Of a stretch of 41,666 bases of DNA, positions 18,003 through 27,670 are shown one piece after another. The notes beneath the pieces are model-generated. The model had not been told where the DNA came from, made no database searches, and saw only the letters and a program-made list of their open reading frames with translations. The position numbers were made by a program, and so were the translations under genes. Origin of the DNA: Escherichia phage vB_EcoM_ECO1230-10; the sequence record NC_027995.1; one strand, given 5' to 3'. The stretch's first letter is position 1, and each line of letters opens with the position of its first letter.

Positions 18003-18556
18003 TATGCCCACCTATCAGATGTTTCAATGTATTTTACGCGTGCCCTTAAATCGCGTTCGAAATGCTTCCAGAATATTTCTTCAACCTGCGTGAATATTTC
18101 ATCTTCAATGAAGATTTCTGCTTTGTCCTTAATGGGCATCAACTGTTCAGTGATTGGCAAGCGTGCTTTGCCAGCGCGTTTAAACACTGTGCGTTTGCCT
18201 TTCACCGTGCTGCGGCCCACAAATGCGCCGTCAAACTTCTGATCACGGAACGTGGCCCCGTCACTGGTCTGCTTGGCTCGGCCCTTAAAGCTACTCACCG
18301 GCAAATCATTTAAGCCGTACCACAACACAACGCCCTGTTGGCGCGTGCGCAGCCTGATTGATTTCAGGCGCTTGCGCATAGCCGCCATCGTGCGCAGTTG
18401 CAGTTCATCTTTCAGGCCACGGCCAGACATTTTTCGCAGGGTGGCCGCCGTGCGGTTACATGCGCGGCTTAATGCGGCTTTGAACTGCTTTTCACTGGCT
18501 TCCAGTTCAGTAGCCACGCCGCGCAGTTGTTGCCAATCCAGGTCAAAATGCAGCAT
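18002..18556 (-). CDS. putative virion morphogenesis / tail completion protein (P2 S / Mu G-like)
   Basis: 184 aa basic protein at the head-tail junction of the late operon. Confidence 0.45.
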   Translation of the reverse strand: MLHFDLDWQQLRGVATELEASEKQFKAALSRACNRTAATLRKMSGRGLKDELQLRTMAAMRKRLKSIRLRTRQQGVVLWYGLNDLPVSSFKGRAKQTSDGATFRDQKFDGAFVGRSTVKGKRTVFKRAGKARLPITEQLMPIKDKAEIFIEDEIFTQVEEIFWKHFERDLRARVKYIETSDRWA

Positions 18557-18875
18557 CTTGGCGCGTCATCCTCACCACGGCGGTGCCTGTTCCATCCTGT
18601 TCAGGGGATGCCAGCACGTCGAACGTTTCACCGGCCACAATGATTGTGTCACCACGCAGAATGCCAGCCAGGTCAGATTCCTTTGCCGTGATGCGCGGGC
18701 TGCTGGTGTCCGCTTCATACTCGCCAATTTGCGCGTTGAAGTACGGGTCATCAAAAATGGCGTTAATTGTTCTGGTCCAACCTTTTTGCGAATGAATAAC
18801 GGCGGGAAATGCAAACCCGCCGTTGGTGTCAAGGTCAAAAAAGTCGTCCAGGTTTTCCCATGACGGCGCGGGCAT
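18543..18875 (-). CDS. putative head completion / head-tail connector protein
   Basis: 110 aa; position downstream of capsid genes; overlapping starts and stops with neighbours. Confidence 0.35.
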   Translation of the reverse strand: MPAPSWENLDDFFDLDTNGGFAFPAVIHSQKGWTRTINAIFDDPYFNAQIGEYEADTSSPRITAKESDLAGILRGDTIIVAGETFDVLASPEQDGTGTAVVRMTRQDAAF

Positions 18876-19231
18876 TACTGTGATTCCCGCTTATTGCCAA
18901 CCAGCACAACGCTGCGGATTGCCGAACCGGTATCTGCTGAAACATCTTTCACGCGAACGAATTTTTTGAAACGGTCAGCGTTAAACAGGATGGTGTCAGC
19001 CTTCGCTGCGGTGCCGATCTGCGCAAACGTGGTGTTTGGAACCGCAGTCCAGTTGTCTGTGCCATTGTCGCTGTGTTCAAGGCTTACAGTGGTGGTTCCA
19101 GCAGTGCCAATGCCATTCATGTGCAGAAGGCACAGGCCGTGATAATCACCAACGTTGACGGCTGAACCGTTGCCGTTAGCTGTAATGGTCGCTGGTGCTG
19201 CCAGCACAGTTACAGAAGTGCCGTGTTGCAT
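18875..19231 (-). CDS. hypothetical head-associated protein (118 aa)
   Basis: Thr/Ala/Gly-rich; position after capsid gene; TAATG coupling. Confidence 0.35.
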   Translation of the reverse strand: MQHGTSVTVLAAPATITANGNGSAVNVGDYHGLCLLHMNGIGTAGTTTVSLEHSDNGTDNWTAVPNTTFAQIGTAAKADTILFNADRFKKFVRVKDVSADTGSAIRSVVLVGNKRESQ

Positions 19232-19533
19232 TATTCGTCACCCTCTTTGGTTTCGCCTGCGGCTTCGATGGATTCAATCAACTGCGCTTTGGTCATCTTT
19301 TCAGCGCCTTCGATTTCCATATGTTCTGCAATAGCGATAAGCTGATCTTTGTTCATTTTCGTGATTTCAACATCTTCATCACGCGCCGGTTGTTCGTCGT
19401 GCATCACGGCTTTGCCACGTGACAACAGGTTTTTGGCCTCAAGCTCTGAAACCTCAACCAGTGAACCCGCTTTCATGACTTCACCGCTGATAGCAATGGC
19501 GGAAGTCAATTTCAGTACGTAAGTACCAGACAT
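19231..19533 (-). CDS. hypothetical protein with C-terminal Rho-N/HeH-like helix motif
   Basis: strong AGGAGA RBS; C-terminal MNKDQLIAIAEHMEIEGAEKMTKAQLIESIEA. Confidence 0.45.
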   Translation of the reverse strand: MSGTYVLKLTSAIAISGEVMKAGSLVEVSELEAKNLLSRGKAVMHDEQPARDEDVEITKMNKDQLIAIAEHMEIEGAEKMTKAQLIESIEAAGETKEGDE

Positions 19534-19561
19534 AAAACTGTCTCCTGTCGGAAAAGACTAT

Positions 19562-19577
19562 GGCCGCCGAAGCGGCC
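19562..19577 (-). terminator. hairpin (possible partial terminator) after capsid gene
   Basis: ggccgc-cgaa-gcggcc directly after the capsid stop; weak T-tract. Confidence 0.35.
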
Positions 19578-19584
19578 ATGATCG

Positions 19585-21633
19585 TTATTCTACTTTGCGG
19601 CCAAGCGCGAAGGATTCAACGCGGCGCACAGCAAAATCCACGTCCTGGAATACCACGATGCGCAGGCCACCGGATTTGCTCAGGCTGTACGGGTCAACCG
19701 TCATGTCCAGGCCGCCCCACATACCAACAACCAGGTCAGCGAAGTTGCCAAAGAACACGTCACCATCCTGCACCTGGTTGGTTACTTCGGCGCGGTAGCC
19801 GTTCAGGGTGTTGCCCGGTTCCCAAATCACACCAGCATCAGCAACGGAAGAACCGCTGGCAAACTTAGGCGTGGTTTTCGCTGCGCCACGGCCACGCGCG
19901 TTCAGCACATACGCCATGTTGTTAACGTCAGCGTTGTCAGCCGCAATTTCGGTTTCCATCTGCACCAGTTCCGCATAAGTCGGATTGTCTGCTGCGAAGT
20001 CTACCGCGTTAATGCCGGTGTAGTTCGCCAGGCCCAGCGGCTGGTTGCTGGTGCCGGTGCCGTAGTAACCAGCGTAATCAATCGCCTGCGCGATAGCTGC
20101 CACCAGATCACCACGCACGATGGCTTCCGCATCCGGGGTGGATTGCATCAGCAGGCGGCGGGTAATGTCGGTGTAAGCCGCAACGGTTTTAGGTGACAAG
20201 CCAAGCTGGCCGATGGTCGGCGTGGTTTCGGTTGCGTCATCACCTTCACCAATCCAGTAGGCAGTAGCGCCGCCAGTCTGTTTCGGAATTTCAACGTTGC
20301 CAACCAGGCCGCCCATAGTGCGCGCCAGGCGCATGATGGTGGTACGCGGGCGCAGCAGGTCGATGAACGAACTGGCCATAAAGTCAGTACCCACCAGGTT
20401 GGAACCGGTTTGAGCGCCTGTCGGGGTGTTCGGTGCGCCGCCAGCGTTGAATGCACGCAGAACATCGTCAGGGATCAGAATGCCTTTTGCACTGCGGCCA
20501 TACTGCTGTTGCGCTGCGTGGCTGCATTCGATTTCAAACGCTGCGGCACGTTGTGCGGCTGCATCGTTCGGGTTAGCCAGCGCGCGAACCACGTTGAAAA
20601 TGCTATAGCGGCGGATGTCTTTGTCAGACATACCAATAACGCTTGACGGCATTTCTGACAGCGGTTTGCCGCCTGAACGGGTGTCATCAGCCGGTTGTGC
20701 CGGGTCTTTCGTCTTGTTAAGGTGGTCCAGCAAGGAACGCTGGAAATCTTCGGCGGTGGTGCCTTCGCCAATGGCTTTCAAAGCCAGGTCACGTGCGTTG
20801 TACTTCTCACCCATTTCGGTGATTGAGCGAACGCGCGCCTTTTCGGCTTCACGGCCACGCTGTTCAGCGCTGCGCACATCATCGCCAGCACGTTCCAGCA
20901 TTTCCAGAACCTGCGTGATTTTGCCTTTCTCGTCTACCATCGCGCGCACCAGATTACCGGCAGCGTCGCGCAGAGTTTTTTCTAACATTCGTGAATCCTC
21001 AAATGATTTTTTTGGTGCTGGAACCTCTACGGTGCCCGCAGTATCGGATTTGCTGCCGCGTTGTTCTTCTTGGGGTTTGTCAAACGCACGCCCAATGCCA
21101 ACGCTGGTGTCAGCGGGAACGCTCACAATTGAAATTTCGAACGGTTCCCATTCAGTGATGCGGTAGACATCCTGCCACTCGTCACGCGTTTCCTGTAGCT
21201 TGGCCGCTAACACGCGGTAGCCAACGGAAACATGCTTGCGAATGCCGTCAACGATGTCCTGGAAAATCTCGTCAGCGCGCGCACTTCTGCCAAAGCGCAC
21301 CACAGCCCGCCCCCGGCGGTCAGCGTCAATGCTGACGGATTCAACAACGCCCACCTGGTCAGTCCAATCGTGGTCAACCAGCAGCGCCCCACCGTCACGC
21401 AGACGGTCTAGGCGCACGCTTTCCGGCGAATGGTCCAGAATTTCGATACCGTACCAGCGTTCAACCTCGATTTCAGAGGAAAAAGCCAGTTCTACGGTGC
21501 GTTTTTCGGTGTCAAACTTGCGCACTTCCATAGTGCGCACTAGCCCACCTTTGTTGAAGTCAGGCAGCGTTTTGCTGTCTGATTTGCGGGTAAATTCGGC
21601 CCCAATGATGCTATTCAGCAGGTTTTTCTGCAT
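19585..21633 (-). CDS. prohead protease - scaffold(delta) - HK97-fold major capsid protein fusion ORF
   Basis: N-terminal about 190 aa protease-like (LLVDHDW), coiled-coil linker, C-terminal HK97-like capsid body; single 682-codon frame. Confidence 0.8.
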   Translation of the reverse strand: MQKNLLNSIIGAEFTRKSDSKTLPDFNKGGLVRTMEVRKFDTEKRTVELAFSSEIEVERWYGIEILDHSPESVRLDRLRDGGALLVDHDWTDQVGVVESVSIDADRRGRAVVRFGRSARADEIFQDIVDGIRKHVSVGYRVLAAKLQETRDEWQDVYRITEWEPFEISIVSVPADTSVGIGRAFDKPQEEQRGSKSDTAGTVEVPAPKKSFEDSRMLEKTLRDAAGNLVRAMVDEKGKITQVLEMLERAGDDVRSAEQRGREAEKARVRSITEMGEKYNARDLALKAIGEGTTAEDFQRSLLDHLNKTKDPAQPADDTRSGGKPLSEMPSSVIGMSDKDIRRYSIFNVVRALANPNDAAAQRAAAFEIECSHAAQQQYGRSAKGILIPDDVLRAFNAGGAPNTPTGAQTGSNLVGTDFMASSFIDLLRPRTTIMRLARTMGGLVGNVEIPKQTGGATAYWIGEGDDATETTPTIGQLGLSPKTVAAYTDITRRLLMQSTPDAEAIVRGDLVAAIAQAIDYAGYYGTGTSNQPLGLANYTGINAVDFAADNPTYAELVQMETEIAADNADVNNMAYVLNARGRGAAKTTPKFASGSSVADAGVIWEPGNTLNGYRAEVTNQVQDGDVFFGNFADLVVGMWGGLDMTVDPYSLSKSGGLRIVVFQDVDFAVRRVESFALGRKVE
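21064..21081 (-). promoter_or_regulatory. late-junction motif copy 3, inside protease-capsid ORF linker
   Basis: exact 18-mer encoding DKPQEE; 76 nt upstream of internal GAGGA-N7-ATG at 20988. Confidence 0.45.
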
Positions 21634-23167
21634 TTTGCTGCCCCATTAACAGTTGTTTGTCCATGCCCATGCTTTGCATGACCAGTTTTTCCGCCATTTC
21701 GCGGCTGATACCGTGCTGCGTGTACGCCTCAATCATGCGCGCCACGTCGCTGGCGGTTTCCTTCCAAACGGTGTCAGGGTCGCTGCCACCTTCACGGATG
21801 ATGCGGCCAGGTGATTGCAGCATGTTGTTTTTGGACCGTTCAGCAGCTGCCACGTCAGATGACGGGTCAATCCAGGCCCAACGGCGTGGCTGCCATTCAA
21901 TGTTGCTGTAGCGGTCGATGCGTTCCGGTTTCAGGCTTCGTCCTTTAACGGTGATGCGGCCAGCAAGCAGGGCACGCGGCAACCATGCTTCAAAAACTGG
22001 TTGATGCAGGTTTTCAATCAACCATTCCTGCAATTCTTTCCAGTTTTCTCGGCTGTCTAGCGTTCCCTGGCGGATAGAGCTGAAATTGACGCCTTCCAGG
22101 TCGCTGGCAAGGTCATTATATGGAACACCCATACCCGATGCCATGCCGCGCAGCATTTGTTTGGTGAACACGGCAAATTCGCCGTTTGGGTATTGTGGCG
22201 ACCAGTCTTTGACGCGTGCGCCCTGTGGCAGAATCTGGAATTCACCCGGTTCACTGTCAATGATCAGTTCATCATCATCTTCAAACTCAGGACCAGCGGA
22301 ATTTTCATCCCATTCGATGAATCCCATTTTGTTGGCACCGGCGCGCGCGTTGACCAGCGCGGCTTCTTCCATGCCACCCAGGTGGCGCATACGAAACAGG
22401 CTGGTGGCCATCCACGGAAGGCCGCGTTTCTGCCCCACCATGTCATCCAGGAAGCCGTGAAGGATTTCATCAGCGGGAATTCGCACGAAATCACGCCCGG
22501 ACCAACGGTAGTTATCATTGGATTCATCAACCGTGCTGAAATAGTACGCAACAGGCCGCCCGTAGCGATTAAACTCGATGCCCTGGCGGATGAAATTTCC
22601 GTTATTCAGACGATCTTCAACCATGTCAACAGGGCAGCGTTGCGGGTCCAGCAGTTGCAGCGCGAAGCCCCACGGCCCTGCATCGGCACCGAACACCAGG
22701 CGCACGAAGAATTCACCATCTTTAGCCGTGCTGTTGACGCAGGCAGCCTGGATGGCGCGCCAGGATAACTTCCCTGTCACGTCGCAGTTTGACTTGTGCC
22801 CCCACTTATCGAAGGCCGTTTCAATGGCTTCGTTGGCCAGGGTGTCCAGTTTCCCGGTGTTGTCAGTGCTTTTGGCCTGCAACAGAACGCCTTTTGGACC
22901 AACAATATTGTTGCGGCACAGGCGCAGGAACTTTTTGGCATAATCATTGTTGGCGGCCTGCTCGCGGGAACGCGCCACCAGGATGCGTTGATTTTTGTTT
23001 ATTACCTCGTCAGCCGTCAGCGGCTGTGTACCCCACGCGGTTCCAAAACGGTCAATACTGGCACCGGTAAACATACGGGACGCCAGGCGGTTAAGCGATA
23101 AACGCCGCGTGCGCGGCTGTTGTGCCTGTTCTGCAGGCTTATTTCTGGTAAATGGCCACAGTTTCAT
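21611..23167 (-). CDS. portal protein (lambda gpB family)
   Basis: 518 aa; position between terminase and protease; lambda-B-like central region. Confidence 0.85.
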   Translation of the reverse strand: MKLWPFTRNKPAEQAQQPRTRRLSLNRLASRMFTGASIDRFGTAWGTQPLTADEVINKNQRILVARSREQAANNDYAKKFLRLCRNNIVGPKGVLLQAKSTDNTGKLDTLANEAIETAFDKWGHKSNCDVTGKLSWRAIQAACVNSTAKDGEFFVRLVFGADAGPWGFALQLLDPQRCPVDMVEDRLNNGNFIRQGIEFNRYGRPVAYYFSTVDESNDNYRWSGRDFVRIPADEILHGFLDDMVGQKRGLPWMATSLFRMRHLGGMEEAALVNARAGANKMGFIEWDENSAGPEFEDDDELIIDSEPGEFQILPQGARVKDWSPQYPNGEFAVFTKQMLRGMASGMGVPYNDLASDLEGVNFSSIRQGTLDSRENWKELQEWLIENLHQPVFEAWLPRALLAGRITVKGRSLKPERIDRYSNIEWQPRRWAWIDPSSDVAAAERSKNNMLQSPGRIIREGGSDPDTVWKETASDVARMIEAYTQHGISREMAEKLVMQSMGMDKQLLMGQQNAEKPAE

Positions 23168-23706
23168 CAGCGAAGGCTCACCCGAACTTTACGCCCGAAT
23201 GGGTTTTTGCCGCACTGCGCCTGTTTTTCGCGTGCTACTTCCAGGCGGTACAAGTCGCGCAGTTTCAACAAATCCGCAATCGGGGTGCGATATAACTCGC
23301 GGTTATTGATGCGGTAGCGTTCCTGGTCCATCGTTGCGCGTCGTTCAATGACCGCTTCAATGGCTTCCAGTGTGCGTTGCGCGTGAGTTTTCCCGTTAAA
23401 TCCATCACTGGCGCTGGCCAGGTCTGGCAGGATGGTGATCTGGCCGTTTCCGGCCTCCATAACGTCATCGCCTTTGGTTGCGCGCAGCGAATACCAGTAA
23501 TCGCCTGCTGGCCACGTTGCAGTGACGCCAGCGGCAGCGCGGATGACGTGATCGTTACCATCAGCGACGGCGTTGATGTTAATTGACTGCGGGCCGCGTA
23601 GCAGTAGCTGAACGGCCCATTCAGTTGCAGGATAGCCGGGAAGCGTCAGACGCGTCTCAAATGTCAATCCAGCAGTAATTTTCTGCGGTACTTGGCAGTT
23701 TTTCAC
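23167..23706 (-). CDS. head-tail joining protein W-like with N-terminal extension
   Basis: GTG start with GGTGA SD; C-terminal ERYRINNRELYRTPIADLLKLRDLYRLEV resembles lambda gpW; lies between terminase and portal. Confidence 0.45.
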   Translation of the reverse strand: MKNCQVPQKITAGLTFETRLTLPGYPATEWAVQLLLRGPQSININAVADGNDHVIRAAAGVTATWPAGDYWYSLRATKGDDVMEAGNGQITILPDLASASDGFNGKTHAQRTLEAIEAVIERRATMDQERYRINNRELYRTPIADLLKLRDLYRLEVAREKQAQCGKNPFGRKVRVSLR

Positions 23707-23712
23707 TTTTTA

Positions 23713-25761
23713 TCACCAGCGGCTAACCCATCCACCGCCACGGCGTTTTGCTGCCCTGGCGGAACGTTTAATGGTCTTAGTCTCTGTGACTTGCTGTTTT
23801 TCTTCTTCTTGGGGTTTGTCATTTGCCGGTTGCGGTGTTTCTACCGGTTTCATGACTGGTTTGACGCTCGGCAGCCGCTTGCGGCGTTCCGGTGGCGCGT
23901 TGTCGTTTGCTACCCCAAACTTTTCAGCCAGGCGGCGGAATGACGGCTGCATGATTTTCAGCGCGGCCAGCGCATAGTTGCGGCAGTCCAGTGCTTCGTT
24001 GCGCGCCCGGTCGGGTTTCTTCCATTCTCGGATTGGCTGGCCCTTCACGTAACGCATGGTCAGCTTTTCAGCGGTGATTTGCTTGAACCATTCTTCATCG
24101 CGGTCAGCAGGGAAGTGGCAATAACCCGGCCCCGGTGCCGTCTTGTTTAAACGCCTTGCGGTTATCAGCTTGGCTTCATCGGTTCCAACCAGGAACAAAT
24201 CCACTTTGCGGGTATCCTTCCCGGATTGCTTGCGCTGCGGCTTCTCCACGATAGGGCGGCCCCATCCACCAACGCCTTTGATGGCAAACAGGCGGCGGCC
24301 TGTGCGGCCTCTTGCGTAGTCGTATGCGGCCTGCGTGTAACCGCTGGTGCCCCCGGTATCGAGGCAGGCGGCCATGATCGGCATGATGGCCCCGGTTTCG
24401 TGCTGGTAGGTTTCCGCCAGCAGGTCATCCAGCGCATCCCAGGGGTCTGGCGTCAGCGGGTCGCCCCACAGGACGTGGTAACCCAATGACCAGGATTCTT
24501 CACCCACGCCCCAGGCCACAACCTCACATTCCAGGCGGTCAACCTGCATGTCTATGCCTGCGGTGATATACAGACCACCAGCAGGCACCTGCGCGGCGTA
24601 TTCCTCGCGGCGCGCCATCAGTGAATCCGGGTCAACCTTGTCGCCTTCTTCTTCCCATGTGCGCGCCAGGCTGACGTTGGTGAAGGTTTGCAGGTCGTCC
24701 GTTTTCAGCTTGTCCAGGTAGTCACGCACGATGGCCGGTACTTTACGGAATGTGCTGTATAGTTCGTTCAGGTGGTAGCTGGCGTGACCTTCAAACGGCC
24801 TGGATGCCTTCCATCCTGCGCCCTTTTCTTCGGCCTGGCGGATAGCCGCTATCCGTTCGCCGTCATTCCACTGCGCGCCGCATGATGGGCAATACAGGTG
24901 CGCTGTTTCCGGCTTCTGTTCGTCGATGGCCGCCAGCGTTTCCGCGTCAGTTTCGCGCTGGCCATCCCATTTGACGTTTTCCCATTCAAGCGTAACGTGA
25001 TCGTCACAGTGCGGGCAGCAAACATAGAAGTGTCGCTGGTCGCCCATTTCATACGCTTTTTCGATGTACGATTCCCCCTTAAGGGTAGGGGTGCTGATTT
25101 CCAGCAAAAACCGTTGGTCACCGAAGGTGGCAGAACGCTGCCACAGCAGGCCAACCGGGTGACCTTCGCTGGTTCGTTCATATCCGTCTACCTCGTCACA
25201 TACGATCAGCGGCGCTGAACGACCGCGCATGGTCTTTGGCGAACCGGACCATGCGAACATCAGGAACCCGCCAGGGTATGATTTCATTTTCTGGTTGTTC
25301 ACCCCGTCGCGGCCACGCGGTTTGGCAATGGCGTTGTTTACCGGCGCGCATTCTTCCGCCAGCGGGTTGAATTTTGTTTCCAGCCAGGTGCGCAAGTCAT
25401 CCTGGCTTGGCTGCATCATCATCTGGCTGCGCGGTTCAGCGGCTACGCTGTACGCCTGCACGCACAGTGCCAGCATGGTTTTGCCCACCTGTGCGCCCCA
25501 CATCAGCGTTACGCGGTAGCAATCCGGGTCAACCAGCATGTCCATTGGTTCGCGCTGGTATGGCGCGTTATCCAGGCGCAGCGGCCCTGGCACGGCGTTG
25601 CCAGACGGAATGCGGATGTTTGCCTGCGCCCACTCTGACGGCTTCATGTCTGGCGGCGGCAACAATTGTTGTTGTGCGCGCCTGATGGCCTGGTCGATGC
25701 CTTCAATGTTGGCAAACGGGTTATTCTTCGCTGTCACCGTCGCCCCCTTCGTCATAGCCAT
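23713..25761 (-). CDS. terminase large subunit (lambda gpA family)
   Basis: 682 aa; N-terminal PSEWAQANIRIP...MWGAQVGKT region aligns with lambda A; nuclease and ATPase motifs present. Confidence 0.9.
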   Translation of the reverse strand: MAMTKGATVTAKNNPFANIEGIDQAIRRAQQQLLPPPDMKPSEWAQANIRIPSGNAVPGPLRLDNAPYQREPMDMLVDPDCYRVTLMWGAQVGKTMLALCVQAYSVAAEPRSQMMMQPSQDDLRTWLETKFNPLAEECAPVNNAIAKPRGRDGVNNQKMKSYPGGFLMFAWSGSPKTMRGRSAPLIVCDEVDGYERTSEGHPVGLLWQRSATFGDQRFLLEISTPTLKGESYIEKAYEMGDQRHFYVCCPHCDDHVTLEWENVKWDGQRETDAETLAAIDEQKPETAHLYCPSCGAQWNDGERIAAIRQAEEKGAGWKASRPFEGHASYHLNELYSTFRKVPAIVRDYLDKLKTDDLQTFTNVSLARTWEEEGDKVDPDSLMARREEYAAQVPAGGLYITAGIDMQVDRLECEVVAWGVGEESWSLGYHVLWGDPLTPDPWDALDDLLAETYQHETGAIMPIMAACLDTGGTSGYTQAAYDYARGRTGRRLFAIKGVGGWGRPIVEKPQRKQSGKDTRKVDLFLVGTDEAKLITARRLNKTAPGPGYCHFPADRDEEWFKQITAEKLTMRYVKGQPIREWKKPDRARNEALDCRNYALAALKIMQPSFRRLAEKFGVANDNAPPERRKRLPSVKPVMKPVETPQPANDKPQEEEKQQVTETKTIKRSARAAKRRGGGWVSRW
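23803..23820 (-). promoter_or_regulatory. late-junction motif copy 4, in terminase C-terminal codons
   Basis: exact 18-mer encoding DKPQEE; 97 nt upstream of the next gene's GTG start. Confidence 0.45.
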
Positions 25762-26245
25762 CCAGCAGGGAAGCTGTCACCAGTGATTTCAGCACTTCGT
25801 CAATCTCTGACATCATCACCGATTTGAACCGGCGTTCATCGGTTTCACCGATAAGCATTGAAACGGTGCGCTGTGGCAGGTTGCGCATCCCGGCGCGCAC
25901 TTCCGCGAAGGCGCGGGCAACGGCGCGTTCAACCTGGTCGAGTGGTGCCACTTCGCCTTTGGCTTTGGCCAGTTCCAGTTCTGCTTTTTCGGTTTCGGCT
26001 GCCAGCTTGCGGCGCTTCAATTCCGTTTCATCTGCCAGCATGTCACCGGTGGCCGCTTTCACATCGCGTTCACGCAACCAGGCCGCCACCTGCGCGGTGT
26101 CGTACTCCCATTCTTTACCGCGCCCGCCAAGTGTTACATAGGGCGCGCCATCTTTTCGCCACTGGTCAACTGTTGGCGGTGCTACCCCGAAAACTTCCGC
26201 CAGGCCGCTGCGGTTAACTGTTCGGCCTTTTATTGCTTTTGCCAA
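25721..26245 (-). CDS. terminase small subunit (lambda Nu1-like)
   Basis: TTG start with AAGGCG SD; VNRSGLAEVFGVAPPTVDQWRKDGAPYV...GGRGKEWEYD matches Nu1 wing-helix. Confidence 0.7.
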   Translation of the reverse strand: MAKAIKGRTVNRSGLAEVFGVAPPTVDQWRKDGAPYVTLGGRGKEWEYDTAQVAAWLRERDVKAATGDMLADETELKRRKLAAETEKAELELAKAKGEVAPLDQVERAVARAFAEVRAGMRNLPQRTVSMLIGETDERRFKSVMMSEIDEVLKSLVTASLLDGYDEGGDGDSEE

Positions 26246-26409
26246 TTGATGTCGCCTTATCTAATGCTAAAAACGATTTTGATTATCCACGCACAACGCG
26301 AATTATGCGGGACCAATGCCCCCGCAGGCTGTACCCCCCTCGGAAGTACCTTGACTTTTTCGATTCCGGTCTATGTCAAGCATTTTTTGCGTAGTGCGTG
26401 AAAATATTT
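26246..26409. other. candidate cos / packaging-initiation region
   Basis: 164-bp noncoding gap immediately upstream of Nu1-like gene (lambda cos position); contains G/C-rich block cccccgcaggctgtacccccc and inverted cttgac/gtcaag. Confidence 0.35.
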
Positions 26410-26907
26410 TCATTGTCGTGATGTCGCTCTCACCGCGTCGTAAGCCCGTTCGCACGCCAGCCCAGCGGCTCTTGCCCTGTCAGCCTCTGCTGCATAGATG
26501 CCCGCTGCTGTGTCAATTTCTCTGAACAACTCGGCAAGCAGGCTGCTGGTGCTGGCCCTTGTCTTGCTGCTGATGGTAGCGCCGGGATTGCCGCTATCTG
26601 CCTGTAGTCTGGTGATGGCGTCTGCGATACCGTCTTGCAAGCGCTTAGACTCAGCAGCAGCAATGGCAGCATTACGCTGCGCTGTAGCAATGTCCTGCTG
26701 TGCTTGTTCCTGGATTGCATCAATAGCCCCCTGGCGCTCTAACTCGATGCGCCTTTGTTGTTCGGTGAATGCCTGCCTGCTCTGTGCGTCAGCAGTATCG
26801 CGGGCAGACCATTTGGCCTGCCATGTGTGGTTGCTGTACTGATAGCCAGACAGGAAAACCCCGGCCACAACGGCCAGGGCAATGACTGTTTCAGTTGCGG
26901 GCTTCAT
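26410..26907 (-). CDS. i-spanin (Rz / LysB-like)
   Basis: start MKPATETVIALAVVAGVF (N-terminal TM) overlapping lysozyme stop (ATGA); coiled-coil periplasmic region. Confidence 0.65.
   Translation of the reverse strand: MKPATETVIALAVVAGVFLSGYQYSNHTWQAKWSARDTADAQSRQAFTEQQRRIELERQGAIDAIQEQAQQDIATAQRNAAIAAAESKRLQDGIADAITRLQADSGNPGATISSKTRASTSSLLAELFREIDTAAGIYAAEADRARAAGLACERAYDAVRATSRQ
26430..26672 (-). CDS. o-spanin (Rz1 / LysC-like) embedded in alternate frame
   Basis: MLPLLLLSLSAC lipobox signal then Pro-rich segment; wholly nested inside i-spanin gene. Confidence 0.55.
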   Translation of the reverse strand: MLPLLLLSLSACKTVSQTPSPDYRQIAAIPALPSAARQGPAPAACLPSCSEKLTQQRASMQQRLTGQEPLGWRANGLTTR

Positions 26908-27392
26908 GCCGCCACCGTGCCACCGGCGTTGCGATACGCTGCCAGCAGGTTTGCAATCTTCTGTTCGTGCTGCCCATAACCAGCACCAGGCAGTGACGCC
27001 CAAATGTTGCGAACCTGGCGCACGGCCTGTTCAAACTGGCCTGCCTGAATAAGTGGCAAGGCTCGGCGTTCACGGATTTGCTGAATTGCAATCAAATCCT
27101 GTGATAACGGGCTGAAATCTTTCAGTCCCAATTGCTTTTTGTAGGCGTCGTAATAGCGGCTCAAAAGCTGATAACGTCCAGCCGCCGTGGATTTGATGCC
27201 CAGCTTAGGTAGTTCTACCAGCTTGCGCGGATGGTCTGCATAACCGGTGAACAGGCCACCGCCAACCAGCACGTCATAGCCGTGGTCATTGGTGCGCTGT
27301 CTGCCGTTGTCCGTTCCTTCGCTATAGGCGATCATATCCAGGAACGCGCAAACGTTCTTACCACCTGCCTGTTGTGGAGTAATAACAGCCAT
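26904..27392 (-). CDS. endolysin, P2 gpK-like lysozyme
   Basis: AFLDMIAYSEGTDNG...GYDVLVGGG...STAAGRYQLL...IWASLPGAGYGQ closely follows P2 K. Confidence 0.85.
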   Translation of the reverse strand: MAVITPQQAGGKNVCAFLDMIAYSEGTDNGRQRTNDHGYDVLVGGGLFTGYADHPRKLVELPKLGIKSTAAGRYQLLSRYYDAYKKQLGLKDFSPLSQDLIAIQQIRERRALPLIQAGQFEQAVRQVRNIWASLPGAGYGQHEQKIANLLAAYRNAGGTVAA

Positions 27393-27394
27393 TA

Positions 27395-27670
27395 TTAATA
27401 CCTCTCATGTGCGGTTTTGAAACGCTTAAGCCATGATAAAAAAACGTGACGAGCGCCAACCAGTGCAATGCTGACGTTCATGGTGACAAATGGCCGTTGT
27501 GAGTAATGGCCAGTGATGGTGTGAATGATGATTGCCAGTGCTGATATTGCCACCAGCGAAAAAAACAGTTTTCCAACAATGCCGTCTTTTACTCCGCTGT
27601 ACACCACGCACCATGATGCCCAGATGAAGATGAAACAGACGGCGATAAAGTTAATGGCAAAAGTTGTCAT
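27395..27670 (-). CDS. holin/antiholin-like membrane protein (91 aa)
   Basis: two to three predicted TM helices; between holin and lysozyme; ATGA coupling. Confidence 0.5.
   Translation of the reverse strand: MTTFAINFIAVCFIFIWASWCVVYSGVKDGIVGKLFFSLVAISALAIIIHTITGHYSQRPFVTMNVSIALVGARHVFLSWLKRFKTAHERY

Noticed and set aside
19585-21633. Sequencing frameshift artificially fusing separate protease and capsid genes
   Set aside because: The frame is continuous with sensible sequence throughout, and nested protease/scaffold/capsid arrangements are known; it cannot be excluded without reads.
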